Of a stretch of DNA of 64,000 nt, positions 46,522 through 56,554 are shown piece after piece (position 1 is the stretch's first letter; the number at the start of each line of letters is the position of its first letter). Position numbers and translations under genes: made by a program. The stretch lies in contig CAZUNO010000001.1 in assembly GCA_964621445.1 (NCBI GenBank), positions 72,496 to 136,495 of the forward strand. The letters are read 5' to 3'. This DNA comes from Candidatus Hadarchaeota archaeon. Lineage in GTDB: Archaea; CAYQAE01; CAYVLA01. The notes under the pieces are model-generated. The model was not told where the DNA came from. It saw only the letters and a list, made by a program, of their open reading frames with translations, and made no database searches.

Positions 46522-49260
46522 TCACCCACCTCGCAAGATTGAATTAAGGGTCCGAAGTCCAGTTGAGGGGTCAGATCCGAGGTTAATTCTCAAGACATAC
46601 TTGCCGGAGTCCTTCAGAGCTCCATAATCACCGATTGATTGGGATTTAACCACATCGGCGAAGGAGTATTTCTTGTCGGGTATGGGGACCCGCCGAACTG
46701 GATCATCTACAAGTTGCAGGAAAAGACCATTTTTACCCCCTTTGTGTAGCTGGCCAGTTGAATGCAGGAAGCGGGGTCCTTCGCCAAATGTTACAGGTAA
46801 CCCCGAGCGCTTCATTAGTTGGAGACGGGTCGAATCAATAATTCCAAGCATATCTTGATTACAGCTTAAGAAGCCCTGAATCGATATATAGCTTCCTGGT
46901 TTCGCATTGCTTAAGAGGTCTTCAACTCCCTGGCCAACCTCTTTCTCGTGGAATATTCCGAGTTCCTCTAAGTCCTCGGCCGAAGGATTCCTCTCTCTCA
47001 TGACCTTTCTTGCCAGTTCCTTTGATCTCTCAACGTTGGGCTGATTGAATGGATGGATGCCCATTATCGATCCCGCAGATGCAATAGCCATTTCCCATCT
47101 GAAGATCTCAGCGCCTATATCGATTCTATCCCGGAGCTCAATTTTCACTGCCGGATGGTGGAGATCCCTTAGTTTCTGGAATAAAGATTCCTGTTGCTCC
47201 TTTTCCTCTGCTCCAAGTCGGTATAATATGAAGAACCTATCGGGGCCGTAATCCTCAGGTTCAACTTGGGGTTCTCCAACTATTGGGAGTATTCCCTTTC
47301 CATCCTTGCCCGTGCTTTCTGCTATCAATTGCTCAAGCCAAATTGGAAAATTTTCGAGCGATCGGCTGGGGATAAAGGTCAGCTTGTTCTTACCCCTCTT
47401 AGCGGCTTTTCCAAGAGCTGCTCCCAGCCTCAAAGGTTTGCTTTCATCCTCGGATATACAAAATGAGGAGGCCTCTGAGGCTAACCTGCTGCGGTCAACG
47501 AGCTCACAAACATCAATCCCTATTAATGCCGCCGGTACCAGTCCATAGGCAGTGAGAGCAGAATACCTGCCACCGAGATCGGGGGCAGCCAGAAATATCT
47601 CCCTGAATTCCAGTTCCTTTGCCCTCTGCTGGAGTGGGCTCCCAGGGTCAGTTATTGCGATGAATCGGTTGCCGGGATCGGGGATTATTTTGGACATCTG
47701 GTGCCAGAAGTATTGGAGCAGGAGGTTTGGCTCCAGGGTGGTGCCTGACTTGCTTGCCACCGCGAATAGGGTTCTTTCAAGGTCAATTTCCCGGCTGACA
47801 CGCTCTATGGCATTTGGATGTGTGCTGTCAAGAACTATTAGTTCCGGATATCCCGGCGCGTTTCCGAAAGTCTGCTGAAAAACCCGGGGGGCTAGGCTAG
47901 AGCCGCCCATGCCCATTAGGACTATTTTGTCTATTTCATGCTCACTCACCATGCGCGCAAAGGAATGATAGCGTTCCAAGAGGTTTGGGCTTGTTTCAGG
48001 CAGGGTCAGCCAGCCCAGGCGGTCCTCTATCTCCGGAACGGGCTCATCAAACCAAAGAGAAGCGTCCTTCTGCCACAGTCTGCGGTTGAAACTGCTCTTC
48101 CTCCATCTAGATATCTGGTCCCTAATGGATATTGGTTCAGTTTCAAGGATTTGTTTTGGTAATCGGGGCCCTGATATTCCCGAGATTTTTTCCCCGACCA
48201 TCTCATGTATTTTCTGGAACATCTTTCTTAGTGAGCCTATTTCGCATTTCTTGAGTTCCTCAAGAAATTTATCGAGGATTAATCCTTGCTCTTGGGCTCT
48301 GGAGAGGAGGTTTTCCTCTTCCTCGGGATTTTTTCCCAGGGTGTCTCCTACCGTTCCATGATCCATGAATTCAAAAAGGGTCGACGGCACCATTGAACTG
48401 ATGGTTTCCCCCGCAATCAGTTGGTTTACGTAAAAAAGTCCAGGGAGCTCTGGTCTACTGGGTTTCGTGTCCACAAATAGTAATTTCTGGATCCTTGCTC
48501 CCTTTCGTTCTAGTTTTTTCCACCTCTTAGTGCTGAAAATACGTCTAAGGCTTTTAATTGCCAATCTGGAATTCGCGATGCCGACCCTATCCATCAGAGA
48601 GGTGTATTTGTCTTCCTCGGCGTTCCTGAGGCGCGAGCGGATCAATTCGTCTATTTTGCTAACTGAGAATGATGCTACGGAAGCCACCTTGGCGGGGTTC
48701 TCGCATTTTTCCAGACCACGCAGATAGTGACGGGCGGCACGTTCGTAATCATCTGTTGAAAAGAGATGGGTCACATTTACGTTAATTCCCCTTGATATAA
48801 GGGTGTCAATCACGGGGTATCCTTGATCGATGGCTGGAACTTCTATCATTAGGTTCTTCCGGTCAACCTGTTTCCATAGACGCTCGGCCCGTCGTACCAT
48901 ATCTTTGGTTTCCAGGGGGTCTCTTAGAAATAAGCCAACGGATACATAGCCCGCATCACCTCCGGTATTTTCGTACGCGGAGCTAAGTTGATCGGCAGCC
49001 TCCCTGAGGTCCTTTATGACAAGTTTCCAGTAAAGTTCCTCCGGGTCAGTATTTTTCCCCGTCGACAAGATCATGGATATCTGTTCGTCGTATTCATTGC
49101 TGCCCTCCATGGCCTTTTCAATTATCTGTGGATCGAGAACAACCCCGGTTATTCCATCCTTAATAAGCCCTTTAAGCGAGTCATTAGTTACCAGGCTACG
49201 CCTAAGGTAGTTCAACCAAATACCTTGTCCGTGTATGGCTAGTTTCTCCAGGTTATTCAT
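46522..49260 (-). CDS. tal-pgi: Transaldolase-like / glucose-6-phosphate isomerase fusion; transaldolase active site degenerate
   Basis: N-terminal Tal fold (GQGIWL, INVNVTHLFS, SVASF); intact PGI motifs GMGGSSL, SKSGTTLE, GGRYS, EQLIAESTGK, QPNVE, HSTGQLHKGG. Confidence 0.9.
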   Translation of the reverse strand: MNNLEKLAIHGQGIWLNYLRRSLVTNDSLKGLIKDGITGVVLDPQIIEKAMEGSNEYDEQISMILSTGKNTDPEELYWKLVIKDLREAADQLSSAYENTGGDAGYVSVGLFLRDPLETKDMVRRAERLWKQVDRKNLMIEVPAIDQGYPVIDTLISRGINVNVTHLFSTDDYERAARHYLRGLEKCENPAKVASVASFSVSKIDELIRSRLRNAEEDKYTSLMDRVGIANSRLAIKSLRRIFSTKRWKKLERKGARIQKLLFVDTKPSRPELPGLFYVNQLIAGETISSMVPSTLFEFMDHGTVGDTLGKNPEEEENLLSRAQEQGLILDKFLEELKKCEIGSLRKMFQKIHEMVGEKISGISGPRLPKQILETEPISIRDQISRWRKSSFNRRLWQKDASLWFDEPVPEIEDRLGWLTLPETSPNLLERYHSFARMVSEHEIDKIVLMGMGGSSLAPRVFQQTFGNAPGYPELIVLDSTHPNAIERVSREIDLERTLFAVASKSGTTLEPNLLLQYFWHQMSKIIPDPGNRFIAITDPGSPLQQRAKELEFREIFLAAPDLGGRYSALTAYGLVPAALIGIDVCELVDRSRLASEASSFCISEDESKPLRLGAALGKAAKRGKNKLTFIPSRSLENFPIWLEQLIAESTGKDGKGILPIVGEPQVEPEDYGPDRFFILYRLGAEEKEQQESLFQKLRDLHHPAVKIELRDRIDIGAEIFRWEMAIASAGSIMGIHPFNQPNVERSKELARKVMRERNPSAEDLEELGIFHEKEVGQGVEDLLSNAKPGSYISIQGFLSCNQDMLGIIDSTRLQLMKRSGLPVTFGEGPRFLHSTGQLHKGGKNGLFLQLVDDPVRRVPIPDKKYSFADVVKSQSIGDYGALKDSGKYVLRINLGSDPSTGLRTLNSILRGG

Positions 49261-49449
49261 TTCATCCTCGCCTTGGAACCAGAGTTCTTTGTATACTCTT
49301 CCAATTTACTTTCCAGCCTATCCTTACTTAATATTCATCCCGTTCCCGGGAACAAACTCGTTCTTGATCATTTACCATTATAGCTTTCCTGGGAAAAGAG
49401 AAAATTGAGAAATCTACATTCTAGCATATATACTCTCCAAAAGGATATA

Positions 49450-50913
49450 ATGAGGGCATTTCTTCCTAGAGTGCTAATGGCTAATCGAGTCCTGCTCCTA
49501 TTGGTCGGCTTCCTGATCCTAATGATGGCATGCTCCGGTACCGCTGCCCAGGACTTTGTCTGTGTGAGGTTCAAGGGCACATATAATCTGTATCTATCCC
49601 ATGTCCACGTAGAGGAGATCATTTCCATTAATGCCCATCAAAATTCCACTTGTCTCCTTTCCGAAAGCCTGTCTCCATTAGAGGGTCTGGAGAATGTGAG
49701 CTTTGATCCTTCGAACCGGATAGATTGGGACTATGATGGATCTACCCTGAATTGGACCTTCGAACCGGCCGTATCCGCGGGCCAGAACCTCACATATATC
49801 CGGGAATGGGATATTAACTTGGAGCCCGATGATATAGGCATCAGATACCTACCAATATACTTACGTCAGAGTCAAAATGCTTCCCTATCCTTTCATGAGC
49901 ACGATGTTAATGTGATAGATGCCTCCCTTCCCTTGGATTGCAAATTAAGATATCAGGGGAATGTGAGCGCAGAATCCCATTTTGTTACCTTCTCATCAAG
50001 GTACAAGCTATACGAGTATAGGTGGGGGGCGACATTCAGAAATGAGGGGGAAGCGAAATCCTTATTGAGGGTCAACATGTCGATTCCCGGGGACCTCCCT
50101 TTTCAGGAGGTTCTGGAATCCAGCCCTAATGTCAATACGGTTGGTGATTTAGGCAATTTAAAGTGCATGTATGATATTAACCTGCGGCCATCTCAGGAGG
50201 AGAGCATTACAGGCAGCATGAAACTACTCACCACCACTTGGCGGGGGATGGAAACTGGATTGTCAGGTTTTGATGCCGCTGACGGGGACTTGACCTGCGC
50301 ATATAGTGACTATTGGCCCCGCGATGATCCAAGAATACGCGATTTTGCCCGAAGATCAGCTGGAAATAAGACTGGACTAGAGGTTCTTTTCGCGCTGTCT
50401 AGATCGGTGGCTGAACATCTAGAATATGCGCAGTTAAAGGAAAGGAAAGGGGCTCTATGGGCTCTTGAAAACCGGGTGGGCTCCTGCATGGAACATTCAG
50501 ATCTCTTCGTCGCCTGCGCACGGTCGCTGGGCATCCCTTCACTTTATGTTTCCGGGGTTTGTGGTAGGAATCCGGATGGGGGAAGAGGTCATTCCTGGGT
50601 TATTGCATGGACTCCGGAAAGCGAGTGGGTTGGTATTGATCCCACCTTTGGTCAGGAAGTGGAATTAGATAGCGGGCGGCTGGTCATAAGATTATGCAAT
50701 CCCGAAGATATTGGTGTCAGTTATAGATACAATTCGGGTAATATATCCATGATGGATTGGTATGAGGAATGGAATTACCGTGAGGTATCCGAAATGGAGG
50801 CCATGTCCTTGAGCGACCTCGGTGCAATCTGTTCGGTGCCCTTTCCAGTATTTTCCAGCGCTCCCATAATCGTACTAATCATAATATATACCGGAAAAAG
50901 ACCGCTATCTTAA
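49450..50913 (+). CDS. Exported transglutaminase-like (papain-fold) protein with a C-terminal TM
   Basis: Signal peptide; Cys-His-Asp triad GSCMEHS, GHSW, IDPT; C-terminal hydrophobic helix. Confidence 0.82.
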   Translation: MRAFLPRVLMANRVLLLLVGFLILMMACSGTAAQDFVCVRFKGTYNLYLSHVHVEEIISINAHQNSTCLLSESLSPLEGLENVSFDPSNRIDWDYDGSTLNWTFEPAVSAGQNLTYIREWDINLEPDDIGIRYLPIYLRQSQNASLSFHEHDVNVIDASLPLDCKLRYQGNVSAESHFVTFSSRYKLYEYRWGATFRNEGEAKSLLRVNMSIPGDLPFQEVLESSPNVNTVGDLGNLKCMYDINLRPSQEESITGSMKLLTTTWRGMETGLSGFDAADGDLTCAYSDYWPRDDPRIRDFARRSAGNKTGLEVLFALSRSVAEHLEYAQLKERKGALWALENRVGSCMEHSDLFVACARSLGIPSLYVSGVCGRNPDGGRGHSWVIAWTPESEWVGIDPTFGQEVELDSGRLVIRLCNPEDIGVSYRYNSGNISMMDWYEEWNYREVSEMEAMSLSDLGAICSVPFPVFSSAPIIVLIIIYTGKRPLS

Positions 50914-51253
50914 TATAGTATCAGCTATATATGCAATATATTGAAAAAAGAAAGTAAAAACAGAAAATTTTACATGTCACTCCATGGTGTATATGAAGAG
51001 TTGAGAGATGAATCCTGGTATGCACCAGTTAGGAGTGAGAAGGAAGAGATGGATACCCAAATGGATGTCAGAGCTGCATCAATGGGGGAGAACCAGGAAC
51101 TGGCGATCGAGGGGTAGTTATTCCCAGTCAAATTATCCTGAAAATATTGTCCATCCCTTTAATATAGATAATAAAGGAAACATGCCTAGGTCCACACCCC
51201 ATGTTGGGTGCATTTTTGAGATATTTTGATATTTTGGCAAGTAATATATCGTA

Positions 51254-52669
51254 TTGCCACTATATCTAGTTAGGGTTGACATCTTGGAGAAAAGAGGGGA
51301 CGAGACACTCGGCTGCCATCTCTCCAATTTCCTGGAGCAGGGAATAAGGGGTAAGGAGCTATTATGCCTTATAGATGGGGAACATTACCCTCCGGTTACC
51401 AAAGCGACCATCAATAGGCTAGAAGAGATGGGAAATAAAGTCTCTGCTCTGGTCTTCCTTGGAGGGTCCGAAAAGCTGGAGAATGCGGAGATGGACTTCC
51501 GGGAAAGGAAGGTCTATGTCAATGAGGGGGAGGTAGAGGAAACCATACCTAATGCATTGAACGTGGTTTCCGCGGATTTGGTGGTTGATCTTTCCGATGA
51601 GCCCATTGTAGATTATTTTAGGAGATTCAGAATAGGCTCAAGGGTCCTAATAGAGAATTGCTCCTATATTGGAGCTGATTTCTATTTTGATCCGCCCCAT
51701 CGAGAGGAGGTTTTGGAAAAACCCAATATCGGGATCATCGGAACCGGGAAAAGGGTGGGTAAAACGGCCGTTAGCATTCATCTGGCTCGCCTACTTTTTG
51801 ACCAGGGAATTGATCCAGCTATAGTTTGCATGGGTAGGGGAGGACCTCCCGAACCCGAAGTCGTAAATCTAAGTGGGTCCGACGTTGGGGTGGAGAAACT
51901 TCTGGAAATCTCCAAATCTGGAAGTCATGCGGCATCCGATCACTGGGAGGACGCCTTTCTTTCCCGAGTTCTGACCATCGGTTGCAGAAGGTGTGGGGGT
52001 GGCATGAGCGGTAATCCATTCATGTCAAATGTGATTGAAGGCGCGAGGATTACCAATTCTATTCCTCAGGATTTTGTGATAATGGAAGGCTCTGGCCCAA
52101 CCCTGCCTCCGGTCGAAACCGAGAAAAACATCCTGGTCATCGGTGCCGATCAGCCAATTGACACCTCCGTGAGGATGTTCGGTGAGTATCGTATACTGTT
52201 ATCGGATTTTATAATAATCACAAAATGCGAGGAACCAATGGCCTCGGAACAGAAATTAGAGGATTTGCGCGACTCCATATCCGAGATCGATCCGGAAATC
52301 GATATAGCACTTACCATTTTTCGACCCGAGCCCATGGGCGATATTGGGGATAAGAGGGTTTTCGTGACCACAACTTCCAAGGGTATTTCATGGAAGGTAG
52401 TTGAGGACTATCTAGAAGGGGAATTTGGCTGTGAGGTTTGTGGCACTTCCGATAATCTCTCCGATAGAAAAATTCTCAGAAAGGAATTGAAGGAGGGCCT
52501 GGAGGGATGTGAAGTTTTACTAACTGAGGTAAAGGCAGCATCAATAGACCTCGCCGCCATGAAGGCGAGAGAGAAGGGACTTGAGGTAGTTTTGATGAAT
52601 AACAAGCCACTGCTGGTTGGAGGAACAATCGACGATTTAGATAGTTCATTACTTTCGGTCTGCAAGTGA
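51254..52669 (+). CDS. cpgS: Cyclic 2,3-diphosphoglycerate synthetase (start uncertain)
   Basis: LIDGEHYPPV, DLSDEP, GTGKRVGKT, MGRGGP, HAASD, CRRCGGG, EGSG, TEVKAA. Confidence 0.85.
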   Translation: MPLYLVRVDILEKRGDETLGCHLSNFLEQGIRGKELLCLIDGEHYPPVTKATINRLEEMGNKVSALVFLGGSEKLENAEMDFRERKVYVNEGEVEETIPNALNVVSADLVVDLSDEPIVDYFRRFRIGSRVLIENCSYIGADFYFDPPHREEVLEKPNIGIIGTGKRVGKTAVSIHLARLLFDQGIDPAIVCMGRGGPPEPEVVNLSGSDVGVEKLLEISKSGSHAASDHWEDAFLSRVLTIGCRRCGGGMSGNPFMSNVIEGARITNSIPQDFVIMEGSGPTLPPVETEKNILVIGADQPIDTSVRMFGEYRILLSDFIIITKCEEPMASEQKLEDLRDSISEIDPEIDIALTIFRPEPMGDIGDKRVFVTTTSKGISWKVVEDYLEGEFGCEVCGTSDNLSDRKILRKELKEGLEGCEVLLTEVKAASIDLAAMKAREKGLEVVLMNNKPLLVGGTIDDLDSSLLSVCK

Positions 52670-52778
52670 AAAATACCAACAGTGCTTAAGGTCATATTTG
52701 GTTTGCCAGGACTTCATAGATTATTACTCGCTGGACATTTTTATTGGAGAAGCGACTTATGACATTTGGTGTTCTTGG

Positions 52779-53264
52779 ATGGAGTTCATGGATGTTATTC
52801 GAAAAAGAAGGAGCATCAGGAAGTATAAAGACCGGCCGGTCGAGGATGAAGTGTTAAAGGAGGTCCTGGATGCTGGCAGATGGGCTCCTTCGGGAGCCAA
52901 CAGGCAACCTTGGCATTTCATTGTGGTGAGCGAAAGGGACAAGAAGGAAGCCATGGGCATTCCAGAATGGGCGGTACAGGCCCCTTTGGTTCTGGCGGTA
53001 TGCGGAGACCCTGAAGTTTCCCCTCGATGGTGCGTCGTTGATCCCACAATTGCCATGGAGCATATAGTTCTGGCAGCTACGAATAGAGGATTGGGGACAT
53101 GTTGGATTGGGGAGCTGAACCAGGACGAACAGGCAAAAAAGGCACTAGGAATACCCCAGCGGATGAAAGTTGTTGCAGTGACTCCACTGGGCTATCCTGA
53201 CGAGGCGCCAAAAACTAAGGAAAGAAAGGATTTGCAGGAGATCGTGCATTTTGAGGATTTCTAG
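52779..53264 (+). CDS. Nitroreductase family protein
   Basis: RRSIRKY, APSGANRQPWHF, GLGTCWIG, LGYP. Confidence 0.93.
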   Translation: MEFMDVIRKRRSIRKYKDRPVEDEVLKEVLDAGRWAPSGANRQPWHFIVVSERDKKEAMGIPEWAVQAPLVLAVCGDPEVSPRWCVVDPTIAMEHIVLAATNRGLGTCWIGELNQDEQAKKALGIPQRMKVVAVTPLGYPDEAPKTKERKDLQEIVHFEDF

Positions 53265-53270
53265 CTAAAG

Positions 53271-54599
53271 ATGGTGCGCGCCTTGGCCCCCGAATTCCGG
53301 GTCGGTACGGCTCGTACCGAAATAACGCCCCCGGTCGGTTCCGAGCTGATCGGATATGTGTATCCGCCCAGGATATCGACCGGCGTTGAATATCCACTCT
53401 TTTTGACATCTGCAGTGGTAGCCAGGGACAGGGAGAGAGTAGCAGTTGTTTCCTGCGATCTCATAGCTCTGGAAAGGGAATATGTTGATAGAGCCAAGGA
53501 GCTGATAAAGTCACATCTGGGGATACCTCCCCCAAATGTCATGGTCGCCTGTACACATATCCATACCGGGCCCTGCACAACGGATCTGTTCTGCTCTGAG
53601 GCGGATGAGGCCTATCTAGAGGAATTACCTATCCGTATCGCGAATTGCGTGGAAGAGGCGGGTGAGGATGCGTCGAGGGCCAGTCTTGAGGTTGTGAAGC
53701 TCGAGGATTCATCAATGGCATTCAATCGCCGCTATGAAATGAGGGATGGGAGCGTCAGAACCAATCCTGGTATCGGAAATAATAGGGTCCTGAGACCTAT
53801 GGGACCAACGGACCCGGAGATCATAATTCTTCTGATTCGTGACCCCGATGGTGGGGTTCGGGATTGCATCTTCAATTATTCGAACCACGTTGACGTTGTG
53901 GGTGGAAATAGAATTAGCCCGGACTATCCTGGAATCTTGTCCCGTCTCTTTAGAGAGCGCTTTGGAATGGATTCAAATCTTATATACCTGAACGGTGCCT
54001 GTGGAGATGTCAACCATATCAACCTCAATGGCCCCCCGGGTCAGAGTGGACCCCAGAAATCAAGAGAGATGGCGGAGAGGCTTTTCGCCGATCTACTGGA
54101 GGCCTTGGAGAAGACAAAAGAGATGGATTCCTTTCGCCTTGAAGGAGAGGTTAGAGAAATAGAGCTACCTCTGAGGCCTATCGAAAGGGAAAAGGTTGAG
54201 TGGGCCAGAGGTGAAATGGAGAGGTCCGGTTCGGATAGCACTGGCGGAGTGTGGGCTCGAGAGATGCTAAAGCTGAAGGATGAGGGAGAGGGCGGGATAG
54301 AGACCCTGATCCAAGGCCTCCGCATATCCGATCTTTTCTTGGTCGGTTTTCCGGGAGAGGTCTTCACCTCCATTGGACTGCAGCTAAAAAGGAAGTTGAC
54401 CTCTGAATATACCGGGGTTGTGGAACTGGCAAATGACTATGTTGGCTATCTTCCCACAGATGAGGCATTTGATCAGGGAGGTTACGAGGTAAGGCCCGCA
54501 AGGTCAAGCCGTGTGGGAAGAGGAACGGAATCCATACTTGTGGAAAGTGCAGAGGAACTGGGATCAAGCCTGTTATCTTCCGCGGGTGAACCAACTTGA
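53271..54599 (+). CDS. Neutral/alkaline ceramidase-like amidohydrolase
   Basis: EITPP, CTHIHTGP, FNRR, DYPG, GACGDVN, PGEVF, GYLPT, GGYE. Confidence 0.8.
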   Translation: MVRALAPEFRVGTARTEITPPVGSELIGYVYPPRISTGVEYPLFLTSAVVARDRERVAVVSCDLIALEREYVDRAKELIKSHLGIPPPNVMVACTHIHTGPCTTDLFCSEADEAYLEELPIRIANCVEEAGEDASRASLEVVKLEDSSMAFNRRYEMRDGSVRTNPGIGNNRVLRPMGPTDPEIIILLIRDPDGGVRDCIFNYSNHVDVVGGNRISPDYPGILSRLFRERFGMDSNLIYLNGACGDVNHINLNGPPGQSGPQKSREMAERLFADLLEALEKTKEMDSFRLEGEVREIELPLRPIEREKVEWARGEMERSGSDSTGGVWAREMLKLKDEGEGGIETLIQGLRISDLFLVGFPGEVFTSIGLQLKRKLTSEYTGVVELANDYVGYLPTDEAFDQGGYEVRPARSSRVGRGTESILVESAEELGSSLLSSAGEPT

Positions 54600-56479
54600 G
54601 GGAAAGGGATTGGCCAATGTGGCCCACAAAGCCCATGTTGGCGAACACTAGGGAGGAGCCCTTTTCTGACCGTGAATGGCTTTATGAGGTAAAATGGGAT
54701 GGCATTCGATGTATATTGCATATGAATGATGGGAAAGTGAGACTGCAGTCACGTAATCTGAAGGACATAACCAAGACCTATCCGGAGGTTGAAGAATCCA
54801 CGGATTTCCTGGATGCGGAATCAGCGGTGATTGACGGGGAGATCGTGGCTCTTGAGCCGTCGGGAAAATCCTCATTCAAACTTCTGCAAACGAGAATGCA
54901 TCTCCAGTCCGATGACCGAATAAGATCTGGCATGAAAAATATCACCGTAACCCTTTATGCCTTTGACCTGCTGTACCTGGATGGTCAAATGATTATGGAT
55001 AGACCATTGGAGGAGAGGAAGAATCTTCTCCAGCAGATCATGACCGAGTACCGAAGTCTAAAATATTCTGACCATGTCCAGGAGGAGGGAGAGGAATTCT
55101 ACCAGGCCGCGAGGGATAGGGGGATTGAGGGAGTAATGGCTAAGAGGATGGATAGCGAGTATAGACCAGGAATTCGATCCTCCCAATGGTTGAAGATCAG
55201 GATAGAGAAAAGGGAGGAGTTCGTAATAGGAGGCTGGACACCCGGGAGGGGGGGTCGTAAAGGCCTCTTTGGTGCTTTGCTGCTTGGACAGTATGATAAA
55301 AATGATCTACAATATTCGGGAAAGGTGGGAACCGGTTTTGGAAAAGAGGACCTCGAGGCCATTCGTAACAGACTAGAAGAATTGGAGATAAGTGAAAGGC
55401 TCTTTGTGGAGGATCCCGGAGAAAAGGGTGCCCGATGGACCAAGCCCGAGTTGGTTTGTGATGTCAGGTTGATGCAAAGGACGGATGAAGCGCTCAGGTT
55501 CCCGGTTTTCCTGGGATTGAGAGATGACAGGGACCCGAAGAGCGTTCGGGTCCCGGATAAACGGCCATCTGGAAACTCTAAGCTATCTGGCAGTTATGAG
55601 TTAGGGAGGGTTCATCTCTCGAATTCCGACAAGGAATTTTGGTCTCAGCGTGGATATACAAAGTTTGACCTGTTCAACTATTACTTGGAGATCTCCAAAT
55701 ACATACTTCCTCATCTTAAGGATAGACCCTTAACCCTTCACAGGCAACCCGATGGCACGGAGGATGAGGGCTTTTATCAGCGTAATCTGCCGGATTCTGC
55801 CCCGGATTGGATGGAATCGATAAATATTGACAGGGAGGACCAGGAGACCATTAGGGGGATATTATGTAGGGATCCAGAAGCTCTGGCTTGGCTTGCCAAT
55901 ATGGGTGCCATAGAGATTCATCCATGGCTGGCAAGAATCGATAGCCTGGAAAGACCTGATTTAATCATATTCGACCTGGACCCAGTCTACCCGGCTAGAT
56001 ACGCTGACTCATGTCAAGTGGCTCTAAAGATAAGGGACCTGCTTTTCCAAGTCGGTCTTAGGCCCTATGTAAAAACTTCAGGCAAGAGGGGGCTGCACGT
56101 GTACCTGCCGATAATGAGAAACCTAGATTTCGATCAATCCAGAGCCTTCGTGAGGGAGATTGGCAGAAGAATTGACGGGGATTTGGGGGAGTCCTTTACC
56201 ATGAGCAGGAAACCGAGCCAGAAGGAAGGTAAGGTGTTTATGGACCCGGCCCAAAACGGCTGGGGACGTAGCCTCGTTTCGGCTTACAGTCTTAGGCCTA
56301 CGGTTAAGGCAACGGTTTCAACACCGATAACCTGGGAGGAGTGTGGAAACTGCGTCAAACCAGAACGGTTCGATATGAAATCCGTTCCCCGGCGCCTGAA
56401 GAATGCCAAGGATCCCTGGCGGGACATGTTCCAGGAGCCCCAGGATGTTAAAGAGGTATTGGGCATCCCTTCGTTCTGA
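54596..56479 (+). CDS. ligD: DNA ligase D: ATP-dependent ligase fused to a primase-like NHEJ polymerase
   Basis: EVKWDGIR adenylation motif, DGEIV, AFDLL, EGVMAK, LRFPVFLGLRDD; Pol domain RQPDG, EIHPW, FDLDP, KTSGKRGLH, YSLRP, VSTP. Confidence 0.93.
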   Translation: MRERDWPMWPTKPMLANTREEPFSDREWLYEVKWDGIRCILHMNDGKVRLQSRNLKDITKTYPEVEESTDFLDAESAVIDGEIVALEPSGKSSFKLLQTRMHLQSDDRIRSGMKNITVTLYAFDLLYLDGQMIMDRPLEERKNLLQQIMTEYRSLKYSDHVQEEGEEFYQAARDRGIEGVMAKRMDSEYRPGIRSSQWLKIRIEKREEFVIGGWTPGRGGRKGLFGALLLGQYDKNDLQYSGKVGTGFGKEDLEAIRNRLEELEISERLFVEDPGEKGARWTKPELVCDVRLMQRTDEALRFPVFLGLRDDRDPKSVRVPDKRPSGNSKLSGSYELGRVHLSNSDKEFWSQRGYTKFDLFNYYLEISKYILPHLKDRPLTLHRQPDGTEDEGFYQRNLPDSAPDWMESINIDREDQETIRGILCRDPEALAWLANMGAIEIHPWLARIDSLERPDLIIFDLDPVYPARYADSCQVALKIRDLLFQVGLRPYVKTSGKRGLHVYLPIMRNLDFDQSRAFVREIGRRIDGDLGESFTMSRKPSQKEGKVFMDPAQNGWGRSLVSAYSLRPTVKATVSTPITWEECGNCVKPERFDMKSVPRRLKNAKDPWRDMFQEPQDVKEVLGIPSF

Positions 56480-56554
56480 AGATGAGATCAAAAAGGAGCG
56501 ATTGCTTGAAACATTTGTTAGCTTGCCCGTGCCAGTGAGGGCAATAATTTCTAG

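Noticed and set aside
50914-51253. Replication origin
   Set aside because: AT-rich, but there are no recognisable ORB repeats and no cdc6/orc1 nearby.
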